This document shows, one piece after another, positions 25,809 through 38,775 of a DNA stretch of 64,000 nt. The stretch spans positions 34,472,001 to 34,536,000 of the forward strand of contig NC_043007.1 in assembly GCF_006345805.1 (NCBI RefSeq), given 5' to 3'. The stretch is from Octopus sinensis. Its lineage: Eukaryota. The notes below the pieces were generated by a model that was not told the DNA's origin, ran no database searches, and was given only the letters and a program-made list of their open reading frames with translations. Made by a program: the position numbers and the translations under genes. How positions within the stretch are numbered: position 1 is the stretch's first letter; the number at the start of each line of letters is the position of its first letter.

Positions 25809-26287
25809 TATTCGATATAGCCATAATTATTGCTTCTCTTGTAGATGAGCCTAAGTTCCATTCTGATAGAGCAGACTTATGATCAAAGGTATTTCAGCTG
25901 TAGATACATTCAACCACATCCGTAGTGTCTTAAAAAAAGGAGGGATAGGAAACTTGGAATTCAAATTCACCTTCTTAACGTTTTTATTTTGACACTAGAT
26001 TGTGATCTGAGAGAAATTTAGCTAATATTTCCTGTATGTCAAGCGACCGTGACGTTATAAAGACTTGCTGTTTCACTCAACTTTTCGATGAAGTCTGAAC
26101 ATAGATTCGGCTCATTTCTATCGCCATCACACGTTTTCAGTCATGACCAGCGTTTCATTTGAATAGTTATAGGTTACTCAGAATAAGTTTTTCTGTTTTC
26201 TACTTTGTTGCAGTAAATGAAATCTTTGTCATTGGATCTGCAGCAACATTCAATACAAACTCATTTTAGAAGAAACACACATATACA

Positions 26288-26336
<49 letters not shown>

Positions 26337-26616
26337 ACACACACATACACACACACATACACGTAGATACACACATGCGCACGTGCAACGTATGCAGCGT
26401 ACATATACAGATACACACAGAAATATATATGTGGCTATACCCATACACACACATATGCATGTGTACATACAACATATATACATATATATATATAAATGCG
26501 CGTGTATATATATGTGTGTGTGTATGTACGTATGTATGTGTCTGTATATATATATATATGTATGAATGCATATATGTATGTATGTATGTATGTATGTATC
26601 TATGTATCTATCTATC

Positions 26617-26688
<72 letters not shown>

Positions 26689-26812
26689 TGATTAGATGTT
26701 CACGGTTCATACTTTGACCAATCAAAACATTTCTATTGTTAATTTTTTCCAGAATAAAATCATGTTTATGAAATCAGCCATTATTTTCGGAACAACCTAG
26801 TATGTATGTATA

Positions 26813-26843
<31 letters not shown>

Positions 26844-26971
26844 TGTATGTATGTATGTATGTATGTATGTATGTATGTATGTATGTATATATGCATGTAT
26901 ATATATGCATGTATATATGTATGCATGCATGTATGTATGTGCGTATGTAGTAATAAAAAATTAAAATGACA

Positions 26972-27321
26972 ATCATCATCATCATCATCATCGTTTAACG
27001 TCCGTTTTCCGCGCTAGCACTGGTTGGACGGTTCGACCGGGGTCTGGGGAGCTAGGGGCTGCTCCAGGCTCCAGTCTGATCTGGCAGTGTTTCTACAGCT
27101 GTATGCCCTTCCTAACGCCAACCACTCCGCGAGTGTAGTGGGTGCTTTTTACGTGCCACCTGCACAGGTGCCAGAGGGGTCTGGCATCGGCCACGATCGG
27201 TTGGTGCTTTTTATGTGCCACCGGCACAGAAGCCAGTCGAGGCGGTGCTGGCATCGGCCACGTTCGGATGGTGCTTTTTATGTGCCACCGGCACAGAAGC
27301 CAGTCGAGGCGGTGCTGGCAT
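26972..27321 (-). mobile_element. SINE with RTE-type 3' end and internal 62-67-bp tandem repeats
   Basis: Minus strand GTTGGCGTTAGGAAGGGCAT...GGAAAACGGACGTTAAAC(GAT)n; GGTGCTTTTTA(C/T)GTGCCACC units at 27141, 27203 and 27270; related fragment at 53945-54068. Confidence 0.75.
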
Positions 27322-28152
27322 TAAGAAATTATATCAGGAATTTCATTACCTTACAGTTGTTTCTGTTATAATTTCACATTTGAAGCTCCGATGAAGCTAT
27401 AAGGTGATACATAAAGATTCAACTACGAGTGCATTGCATCTATAGCAGAAATAGCTTTAAGCTAATGAAGTCCATGATATAATATCTTATTCCTTTGTCA
27501 TTTTAATTTCTTATTAGAGCTCTGTATTCAACAGGCACTTTGTCATGAAGTATAGATATTTTGAGCTCTAACACCAAGTTCTTAGCATCGTTATGCCTAA
27601 GCGAAGTAATAAAATATGTATGTAGGTATGTATAGATATATGCATGTATTCCTTGAACAGTTTTTCTTTTTTGTCTTTTTATTCAGTTTACATGAAACTG
27701 TAAACATTTATTTATTAATGACTTTAGTAGACAGATGCGCCGGAAAGCATATCTAGCTATATGTTCAGTAAAAATATACTGATTGCGCTCAGCGCAGCTG
27801 TTGCTGTATTTCCTATGACTAAGTACTTTGCAGTATAGTATTGTCGTTAGATGTGAGAGACCTAAACATCCATGTAGTGTTATGGAATTTTCATATCTTA
27901 TCACATTACTATTGCAAGTATAATTAATCTGGAGTATTTCGGCGCCATCTTTCTTTTTAGAGTAACCAATAAAGCATGTGGTTGTGCTTTCAAATTTTTG
28001 GCATAAGGCAATTTTGAGGGAATGTAGAAATCAATCGTATCGATCCCTTTGCTCAAATGGTACTTATTTTATTGACTCCGAATGGATGAAAGCTATCTGA
28101 ACTCTAAATAAAGCCAAATGAAATGTTGCTAAGCATTTTGTGGTAACGATTC

Positions 28153-28566
28153 TTATTTCTTTATTGCCCACAAGGGGCTAAACATAGAGGGGACAAACAA
28201 GGACAGACAAAGAGTTTAAGTCGATTACATCGACCCCAGTGCGTAACTGGTACTTAATTTATCAACTCCGAAAAGATGAAAGGCAGAATCGACCTCGGCG
28301 GAATTTGAACTCAGAAGGTAACGGCAGACGAAATACCTATTTCTTTATTACCCACAAGGGGCTAAACACAGAGGGGACAAACAAGGACAGACATAGGTAT
28401 TAAGTCGATTACATCGACCCCAGTGCGTAACTGGTACTTAATTTATCGATCCCGAAAGGATGAAAGGCAAAGTCGACCTCGGCGGAATTTGAACTCACAA
28501 CGTAACGCAGACGAAATACCGCTAAGCATTTCGCCCGGCATGCTAACGTTTCTGCCAGCTCGCCGC
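28153..28566 (-). mobile_element. SINE family B head-to-tail dimer (full copy plus 5'-truncated copy)
   Basis: Copies at 28338-28566 and 28153-28337 join at GAAATAC|CTATTTC; an older degenerate copy lies at ~28005-28150. Confidence 0.85.
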
Positions 28567-29426
28567 TTTTCTTCCCATCTGTCTGGTTCGTGTTCTATGA
28601 CTCTCTTCTTCAATTAATTTCTGTCTTTTTTCAATACATTTTCTGCTTTTAATTCTTTACATCATTTTTCCTATGCACTTTGTAATTTTACCTTCTTCCC
28701 AGTACTGTTTTCCGTATTTATATGACCTCATGTACACATCGTTCGAGCTATTTCTGACACTCCAAAGTAATGGACACTTAGTCTGCTTGAGATGATAGGA
28801 GCTCGCTTCTGCACGCAATATATAGTAGTCTTCAAAACATCTAAAATTAGATCTTTAGGGAATTATAATTTAATTAGTATCATGACAGACCGTTCTACTA
28901 TCTAAGAAAATGGAACTTTAAATCCGGCTATATCTACCAAAGGGTAGATCATGGGGTGTTAAACGAGAATGTCTGATGAGGGAGTGGTGATAACAGAAAG
29001 GAGAAGTGGGGATTAGGATAGCTAATAAAGCTTATTTCGATTGTCATCTTTAAGCGAACTGTGGAAAGGAATACCTCTCAAAGGATTATAGGTGGAATAT
29101 AAATTGAAGGAGTTTTTACTTTAGTTTAGTTAAACCGTTAAAGCAACATGTAAATATATAGATATATAAAGGCTAGAAAGAAATTTCAAATATACCTAAA
29201 TAAGGGGATAACGTATAATTTGATATACGATAATATAAGATAGCAGTATGTAACGAATTTTATGAAAAACATAAAAAATTATAAATTGCCACCATATTTT
29301 TATACTATAAAACTGTAAAAATATGAAACAAATATAAATATAAAATATAATGTAAGAAAATATAAAAAATATAAAGGATATGTATATATATAAAGACATG
29401 AAAATATTAAACATATAAAATATATA

Positions 29427-29798
29427 GACGTAGGAGTGGCTGTGTGGTAAGTTGCTTGCTTACCAACCACATGGTTCCGGGTTCAGTCCCACTGAAGTGT
29501 CTTCAACTATAGCCTCGGGCCGAGCAAAGCCTTGTGACTGGATTTGGAAGACGGAAACTGAAAGAAGCCCGTCGTATATATGTATATGTATGTGAGTGTA
29601 TATGTTTGTGTGTTTGTGTTTGTCCCCACCACACACCGATGCTGGTGTACTTACGTCCCTGTAACTTAGCGGTTCGGCAAAAGAGACCGATAGAATAAGT
29701 ACTAGGCTTACAAAGAATAAGTCCAGGGGTCGATTTGCTCGACTAAAGGCGGTGCTCCAGCATGGCCACATTCAAATGACCTAAACAAGTAAAAGAGT
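29427..29798 (+). mobile_element. SINE family A
   Basis: Full architecture with a small deletion in the head. Confidence 0.85.
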
Positions 29799-30167
29799 AT
29801 ATAAAAAATGTAATGTATATTAAAATATATAATCATTTTAGGTTCACAGTACACAGTACACAGTGGGATATATGATAAAAAATTTAAAACTGTCAAAATA
29901 TTAATAAAACATACAAAAATTAAGATATAAGATTTATAAAGTATACGAGGAAAGATAAGAAAATATCTGAGAGAAGAATTAAAATAAAAACTATAATTAT
30001 AAAATTATAAAAAATTATATTAAAAAATTCTTGTTTTGAAAAATTTTATAAAAGTAAACCAATGAGAGATACTATACCAAGATATATAAAATGAAAGAAG
30101 GTAATATAAAATGAAAATAAAGAATGAAATTGTTATATAAATCTTATAATCAGAATATTAGTTAATA

Positions 30168-30310
30168 TTTCCGCCGAAGTCGACTTTGTCATTTATCCTT
30201 TCGGGGTCGGTAATTTAAGTATCAGTTGCGTACTGAGGTCGATCTAATCAACTGGCCCCTTCCCCCCAAAAACATTTCGTGCCTTGCGCCTAGAGTAGAA
30301 AAGAATATTA
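30168..30310 (+). mobile_element. SINE family B, 3' part, tail type 2
   Basis: TTCCGCCGAAGTCGACTTTG...GCCTTGCGCCTAGAGTAGAAAAGAAT. Confidence 0.7.
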
Positions 30311-30615
30311 ATTATTAATATTAGATGGAAAGAGGCATAAGTATACCGGATTATAATGGAACTAAAATAGAAGTAAAATTATCATTAGAAATAGATTTAA
30401 GAAAATATATCTAAAATGCAACGAAGAACAAGGATTGAGACATGATAGTAACAGATCATAGAGGCTATATTTTATAATTAGGAGAGATTTGAAAATTAAT
30501 AAACCCGTTAGGAAAAAATGCTATAGTTATATCAACCGTGATAAAATAAATTCATCACTGGGATTGGGTAGTTAACAGATCAAAGGTTTTAAAGAAAAAA
30601 AATTTCTTTTAGTCA

Positions 30616-30647
<32 letters not shown>

Positions 30648-30650
<3 letters not shown>

Positions 30651-31523
30651 TATATAAAATCCGTTCTGTCTGTATGTGTGTGTGTATGGCTTCTAGGATC
30701 TCGGGCAACCTCCATCCGATTGCGCTCAAATTTAATATGTAGATGGCGACGGTGTCAGGGCGTGTATAAGTCTTGAAAAAATGACAAAAATCGATTCCAG
30801 ATGAGAATGCGATCGATAAAGCCGTGGGAAATCGTTTTTCTTTGGACTAGAAAAAAAGTCTATCTTTATTTCTTCTTTTGCTGGTGTCTCAAATTTAGGT
30901 TAAATCAGTGTTTCTCAAAGGGGAGGCCTATGCTTTGAGAAAATTTGGTCTAAATGTTTGACAACTCAGCACCGTCCACTGGACGGGGGGGGGGCATTTT
31001 GGTCGTATCTCTCTCTATATAAACGGCAGTTTGTCTGTCTGTGTGTCTGTCAGGTTGTACCCTCACCTTGACCACGGCTTTCAACCGATTCTGATGAAAC
31101 TTGACACACACATAGCCCAATGTCATAATTCAAAACTAACGCAGCGAAAATTTTGAAAAGTTAACCCCAGTTCTGAAAAAAATCGATAAATTCGACATGG
31201 GGTCGAGAATCTAAGCTTTTTATTTGCAACACATTTTCTGTTGTAGTTTTCGCAACTTGCAATCGATTTTCACCAAACTCATGGTGAAGCTTAATGTTAC
31301 CCTAAGAAACTTAATTCTGATGTTAGTTTTCCATGCAATACCTTACCATCAGAAAAAATCGATAAAATCATGCCATTTTGGGAAATCGCTTTCAAATTCA
31401 AGATGACATATTTTCGACAATATCTTTCACAAATTGGCAGGAATTTTTAAAAAATTCACAGCGAGCATCATGTCTGCTCCAGGGGCTCTTACATACCCGG
31501 GCAATGCCGGGCTATGCTGCTAG
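30648..31523 (+). mobile_element. Composite non-autonomous Helitron (two 5' ends, one 3' end)
   Basis: TC-TTATATAAAA..CTGTCTGT head at 30648; second TC..TATATAAA..GTCTGTCTG head at ~31008; 3' hairpin CCCGG-GCAATG-CCGGG (31496-31511) then CTAG (31520-31523). Confidence 0.75.
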
Positions 31524-32316
31524 TATATATATATATATGATATACTAAATAATTATCAGCTTCTAAAGTATTTAAAGGTACTGGTAATCTTATAAACCAC
31601 ATGACAGTCTAAGATCGAATTTATTATTAATTAGGTTGTTCTTATCTCTATATTTAAAAATTTCCTATAATTGTTATTATAACTAGTAAAACCATAGTTG
31701 AAAGAATGCAGAAGAAAATCAGAAAATTCTTCAAAAGTTTTAACCAAGGACTCACGTTTGAATGCGACACTAAGATGCAGAAACTACACTAAATATAAAC
31801 TCGGAGTTATATTATGTCCAAAGGAATCCAGACGAAGTTACCAGGTATGTGAGCAGATCCTTTAGAATTACACAACTATCGGCTAATATTGACGTATTTA
31901 ACTTATTCACACTTCTACAACTCTGCTTTATTGACCTAGAATTTGCTAAAACACACAGATCTGGTTCTATCAAAGGTCAACAAACACGTTGGGATGTAGC
32001 TCCTTTCTAACAAATTTTCTCCCCTGACGAAATATCCAATTTACGATATTCGATACGAAAATTCAAATTAATTTCATTTCATTTCATTACTCAAATTGAA
32101 GTAACTGGGTATGGAAACAGCTGTAGGTGTAAAGAATTTGATGTTATACCGAATGGGATTTGTTCTAATAAATTGATGTCTATATATCAATTTCCGCTGA
32201 CTGACTGTTCGAAGGATTGTTTACCTAAATTCAGTGGAATACATCCATTGGTTTTCAAAAATAGAAATATCAATTTTTCTAATTCTCTCTAAAGGAGACT
32301 ATGGCAGCGGTACTGG

Positions 32317-32512
32317 ATATTAACAGTTATCGCCAAACTAACATGGCAGTCCAGAAAAATAGGACGAATGCTGCCTGTTCGAAGGTTATAATGGACACAG
32401 GTTTGTGTGTCACATAGCTAGCTAGGGGCGATGGCCTCTTGGAGCTAATCAACGGCACCATTCGTCCTATTTTTCTGGACTGCCATGTTAGCTTGGCGAT
32501 AACTATCAATAT
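32317..32512. mobile_element. MITE with ~59-bp terminal inverted repeats
   Basis: 32317-32375 vs reverse complement of 32454-32512, four mismatches counted by eye; right end runs into (TA)n. Confidence 0.85.
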
Positions 32513-32679
32513 ATATATATATATTAGACAAAATGAGATAACAAAGTCAAGGCTGAGTAATTTTCAGGGCATTTTTAAGGAAAAAAAGATATAGATATTG
32601 TCTTACAGCTGTAAGACTATATCTTTGGGTTTTCTAGATACCAATACCTCTCATATATGTATGTATGTATGTATGTATG

Positions 32680-32713
<34 letters not shown>

Positions 32714-32959
32714 TGTGTATGTATGTATGTATGTATGTATGTATGTATGTATATATATATATTGATAGAAATGGTAAGACAACAAAACACACACACACAT
32801 GTTTACACACACACAGGCACGGACACATTATGCATACATGGATATATAGACGATACACATTATGCGACCGCAATCTAAATTACTGAAACAAATAAACTAA
32901 AGATACACATGTATGTGTGTGTGTGTTTGTACATATATATATATATATATGTGTGTGTG

Positions 32960-33002
<43 letters not shown>

Positions 33003-33949
33003 CGTATGTAGGCATGTATGTATGTATATGGCTGTTATACTGTTTACATTGCCATGAGTTCGACTATGTTTTCAATGGTTTCAATCTTCTCTCTGTCTCT
33101 CCCTCCGCTCCCCATCTTTCATTCTTTCTCTCTCACCCACTGCTTCGTTCACTTACTGTCTCCAATTTACCTTTCGTTCTTTTAGACACTTGCAACACGT
33201 TTAAAACAGAAGCAAACGTTTGTTCAGATGACACCACGATAAAAGAAAGCATTTATTAAACTAGACATATCTCGGGAAGCTGTCAACGCTAACCTGTCTG
33301 CTTTATTCAATTAGTTTTCAAGCACTTTGAAGATCGTGTCTTCGCCGTCAACATCTTAAAATTGTTTTTGTTCTTGCGCGTGCAAGAACAATATGTGTGT
33401 GTGTGTGTTTTCATATGTGCACGTGTATGCATATATATATATCCTTCACATGTTTTAATCATTAGATTTCAGCCATGATGGGGTACCATCTATATCATAT
33501 ATGTATAGTATATATTACTTACATATTTGTCTCTGATTGCGATTATTTAATTATTTATGCACCTAAAACAATTAACAAAACACACGCACGCACACACACG
33601 CATTCGCGCTCACACATACACAGACACACACACGCTGAGGATTTTTTAAATAATATTTATCTCTAAATGGATGAGATTCTTTTTCTTTTTTGTTAACCCC
33701 ACCAATAACAGGGTGCAACGGGGAATTGTCGCCATTTTCTATTTTCAATTTCACGGATGCACATTGTTTTTGATTTTATCGACTACACAGTATAGTAGGA
33801 TCTGTTGGGCACCGTCTGCGAGAAAAACAGCACTATGACACATTTCATTCTGCTAGAAATTTGGAAACAACATGCTGAACTGCTTGGCATTCGCACTGGA
33901 AGCTCCAATACGAACATTTCAGCGTGTTTGCCTATCAGTCTGGGGATAT

Positions 33950-34440
33950 GTACCGAGAGTGATAAAAATCAAACATCCAGTCAACATCATGGTGTTTGGA
34001 GTGATCACTAGTGATGACGACGTTATGCCTCCATTTATCTTCTCACACAGCCTCAGACTCAATACGGAGGCCTACATCAAATGCCTGGGGGAGGTAGTAC
34101 TGCTCTGAGTCAAGAGAGGCTGCTGGAGGACTCTGTCTGGCAACAGGACTTTGCATCATGCCACACAGGCAGAAAAACACAGTCATGGCTGTCGGGCAAT
34201 TTCTGGGACCACATTACCCCTAACATCTGGCCACCTAACTCTCCAGACTGCAACCCCCTTGATTATTATGTGTGGAACGCAGTTGCGCGAGAGACAAACA
34301 AAACTCCCTGTAACACCAAAGATGAACTGAAGGCAAGGATTATGGCAACATTCATCAACTTAAACAAGAAGCCCTCCAGAAGAGCTGCAGAAGATTCCGA
34401 AGTCGTCTGGAGGCCGTGGTTGAAGCTAATAGTGTTTTTA
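33950..34440 (+). pseudogene. IS630-Tc1-mariner transposase remnant, DD37D (maT-type)
   Basis: VPRVIKIKHPVNIMVFGVITSD...WQQD-[37 aa]-D ending WPPNSPDCNPLDYYVW; interrupted by a stop/frameshift near 34105. Confidence 0.85.
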
Positions 34441-35143
34441 CTAAATGTATATGTGTATGTTATGACTTTGCATTTAATGAATGTGGTGGTATGAAAACAT
34501 CATAGCGTGTGTACGTATCATTTTGTGGAACATAAGTCGATTATTTAATTCGGGGTTGAGTTGACCCAAGATGAAAGATGAGTTGCTATTCCTGTCCGAA
34601 AATGGAGAAGTACCAACATATAGGTCAATTGAATGGAACTAGTGAGCGTCAGGTATCAAGTGCCAACTTTGAGGTCTACTACATATGAGTCTGATCAAAG
34701 ATTAATCACAAGGTTTATCGAACATTTTCTAAACATCCGCTTTAGCAACATTGGATTTCTATCATCTGCCCAACAATCCTCATATAAAATGAGTCGAATG
34801 ACCCAAATGAGAACGATCTATAGAAAATATTTTGACAGTTTATACAAAAAAAGAATCTCATAAAAAAGAACGCAGAATGCATTGCACCCAACATAAAACT
34901 CCACACCGATAACTATCGACATTATTATAAATCACCTTTTTAATAACAGTGAGCATACGGCGCGAATGAAATGCGCTGAGAACTTCTTTTAGGTGCAGTG
35001 TCATAAATCTACAGTTGGTTGTCATCAAGATATGATCTACTATATACTGGAAACTATTTCCGTTTCTTACCTCCAAGGTTGTCTATTATGTACTGTTATT
35101 CAAAGAAATGGTTGTAGAAACAATCACCTGTTCGCTCTTTCTT

Positions 35144-35215
<72 letters not shown>

Positions 35216-35227
35216 ATATATATATAT

Positions 35228-35267
<40 letters not shown>

Positions 35268-35417
35268 ATCCTTTCTTATTTCTCTATTTCGTGATCTTTT
35301 CCTGACACGTAGTTCTTGTGAATAATATTAACAAGATATAGTATTGTGGAATGATGAAATAAATAGAACTTTTTTTAAATCACACGTCAGAAAAACTCAA
35401 AAGGTAGGTAAGTAGAT

Positions 35418-35495
<78 letters not shown>

Positions 35496-36379
35496 CGCAT
35501 CAGAGAAAGGCAAACAGGATGACAGACGTAGACAAAATAAGAGTGAAGAAAGAGGAGGAAAGAGTGACAGAGATAGAGAGAAACTTAGAAATAGATACTT
35601 TGCTTCTCCAAACTCTGAGCATATATCTTTAATAATTTACTTGCTTCAGACATTTAACGGTGGCCACGCTGGGGCACCACTTTGAAAAATTTTGGTCAAA
35701 CAAACCGACCCCGGTACTTATATAAATACCCAGCTAACGTTCCCGGAAAATACGACTGGGGGGGGGGGGAGAAATAAAGGAGCGAATGTATGTTTTCATT
35801 GGACTTTGGATATTTTTAAGATTAATTTCATAATTGTAACTGTACTTACTTAAGAATCACCTTTTCAATCCTCAACTTACACTGAACTGTAATGTGTATA
35901 TTTACAAAGATGTTAGTATGTATTTATATACATACTAAGAGAAGAAGAGCGAGAAAGAAAGGATTTCAAAACCAATGACTGAATCAAGAATGATAACTTG
36001 AATTGTTGACGGTGCCAACGATGACAATAACAACAACTACCACGATGGCAATAACGTGGGCGAACACATACACAGAGGAATACAGGAACTGTACCATATT
36101 TTTTTCGAGTCTTAGGACAGCAACAGCAGCACAGTGGGATGAGAGGATGGGGCTGAGGGGAAGGCCACACTGCTGCTAAAAACTATGAAACACACACAAG
36201 CATACACACACACATACACGCACACACATACACACGCGCGCGCACACACACATATATACACACAAACAAGGCCACAAACGCATGCGAACATATGGATACA
36301 CATCTTAGAAGAACAGAATGGAGTAAGTGGAGCAAGAACACAGTCGAAAACGAAAAGTGTCACTGAAGAGGTCACAGAT

Positions 36380-37880
36380 GTGTGACGAAGGATTTCCGAG
36401 AAGCAATGTAATGTTAGTATTAACGGTCCCAGAGGAGGTGGTATTAGTGATGTTATTATTGCAGCTATTAATAGTTGCGTTTGTAATAGGAGTGTTAGTA
36501 GTAGTATTATTTTCAGTAATAATAATATTGCCGTTGGTGTTAGTATTAATATAAATGCTAGTCCTATTAGTAGTTGAAGTATATATATTATTAGTTGAAG
36601 TGATTATAACTGGATCGAGCACCAATTTTAAACAAAGATATTATGCACATTTAAACTCGTTTAAATATAAAGAGAATAGCAATTCCACATCACTAGCCTG
36701 CCACGTACACCATCTAATTAATAGGAAAGTACAGTATAAACTTCCCTAGGTTATTATAGACTTGGGTATCCCATATCAGGGCCAACACTCCAGTTGTGGA
36801 CTCTGCTTTAAAAAAAACCCTCAAAATTTTACCCCACAACTCACCAGAATTGCTTAATAAATACGAGGCCTTCACTACGTGTAAGCCCACATTCTTCCGC
36901 ACTTTTAAGTTCTTTCATAAATCTAAATGTAAGTTTACACATACAAACCCCTATGATCATTATCACATACCCCTCTATAATTCTTCTATCTCTCCTATAT
37001 CTCTATATCTTTTTCTCATCATCCTATGAGATAAATATAAATTTTTTAATTTATCCTTAAATTATTTTAAAACTCTAACCCAATAAATCCCTTAATATAA
37101 ATCCCCTAATTTCTTACTCTGACTCCCACTAATAAATAATTTAACATTCAACTAGCTCCTCCATTATTGGCTACCTACACACTCATAACCCCATTGCTAA
37201 AAATAACTCTACAGCCACTGACCTTAGCCGGAGCGGTCACAAGTATTTACTACTAGATCTCATACCCGACACCTATAGACTTTATGACTACCGCAGACAT
37301 CTACTACTCTCTTTAAATTCTTTTCATTTTGCTTTATTTTTTTACCGTCTCTTCCTCTACCCCCTCATCCTCTCTCTTATTTTCTCGGCTACCTCGTACA
37401 CAATTCTTTGACAGCATACACCTATATACCTTACTTCATCCTAAAGCCAATTTTTAAATTCCACCACCCTACCTCACTCTACTTCTCTTTCTCTTTCTTT
37501 TCTTTACTTTTACCATTTAATAGCCACCTCCGCTACCATTTTGCTATTGAACATTGATATATCGCGTCTTTTTTCTCTGGATGTTTACTATATCAAGATT
37601 TTAACCCGCATTTATCTAAGTATTTAATCCGCATTTATCTATTTCTACAACATCGGAAACTTTTATGCTTCTTTTTTCTTATTACTCTCCATCTCCCAGT
37701 TCTTTTACTCCCTTCCTCCATGTCGTCTTCTCATTAATATATACCATTCTCATTTTCGATATTTCCCCCCTATTTGTCTCTGATGACGGTATATACCATG
37801 CTCGGGAATATCGCAGAAACAACTGTAATAATATTGTATACGACTTGAGATGTTTGCCTTGCCTTAATGTCTGTTGTCCT
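36380..37880 (+). pseudogene. Decayed Penelope-like element 3' part (low-complexity linker, GIY-YIG, 3' UTR)
   Basis: TGSSTNFKQRYYAHLNSF...NSTSLACHV...YKL and SSCGLCF...LLNKYEAFTTCKP parallel YVGASS..RVSNHYATF..TGLS..CNLC..CPH of the 44-49 kb element; hammerhead-like motif at 37780. Confidence 0.7.
37775..37832 (+). ncRNA. Degenerate hammerhead-like motif at the PLE 3' end
   Basis: CTGATGA (37780-37786)...GAAAC-AACT-GTA (37816-37827); stem I is poorly paired. Confidence 0.4.
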
Positions 37881-37902
37881 CTTTAACAATTACATATATA
37901 TA

Positions 37903-38338
37903 GGCGCAGGAGTGGCTGTGTGGTAAGTAGCTTGCTACCAACCACATGGTTCCGGGTTCAGTCCCACTGCGTGGCATCTTGGGCAAGTGTCTTCTGCTAT
38001 AGCCCCGGGCCGACCAATGCCTTGTGAGTGGATTTGGTAGACGGAAACTGAAAGAAGCCTGTCGTATATATGTATATATATATATATATATATGTGTGAG
38101 TGTGTGTGCGTGTGTATGTGTGTGTGTTTGTCCCCCTAGCATTGCTTGACAACCGATGCTGGTGTGTTTACGTCCCCGTCACTTAGCGGTTCGGCAAAAG
38201 AGACCGATAGAATAAGTACTGCGCTTACAAAAAAGAATACGTCCCGGGGTCGATTTGCTCGACTAAAGGCGGTGCTCCAGCATGGCCACAGTCAAATGAC
38301 TGAAACAAGTAAAAGAGTAAAAAGAGAGAGAGAGTAAA
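37903..38338 (+). mobile_element. SINE family A, full length
   Basis: Complete head, microsatellite and tail. Confidence 0.9.
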
Positions 38339-38775
38339 ATATATTATATAGATATATATAATATATATATATATATAGATATAGATATATATATATATAT
38401 AATCTGGAGATTCTACTAGAGTAGATACAAGCGCCAATATATGATTAATAAAAACATGTGACATATTAATAAAAATCTGTAAATATACAACCATCCAGAT
38501 TTCTAAGTACCTTATTTTTCTAATATATATATATTCTTCTTTTAATATATATATATTCTTCTTTTAATATCCTCAAACAACCAAATAATCAAAAACTCAC
38601 ACCCTTAAGAGAGAACATTTATATATATATATACACTTCTTTAACTCCCAAGAAAGAATATATATATTTTCAAAAATCAAAAGGAAACAAACAAAAGAAA
38701 AACAAACATGACTAACTTGCAGGCCTGCAACAGACGAAATTGGTCTGATAACGAAATTGATGTTTTAATAAACAC

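Noticed and set aside
28974-29000. CTGATGA...GAAAG
   Set aside because: No stem II pairing.
36363-36400. CTGAAGA-g-GTCACA-gatg-TGTGAC-GAAG hammerhead-like motif
   Set aside because: Stem II is good, but it has GAAG instead of GAAA and no stem I pairing; may be chance.
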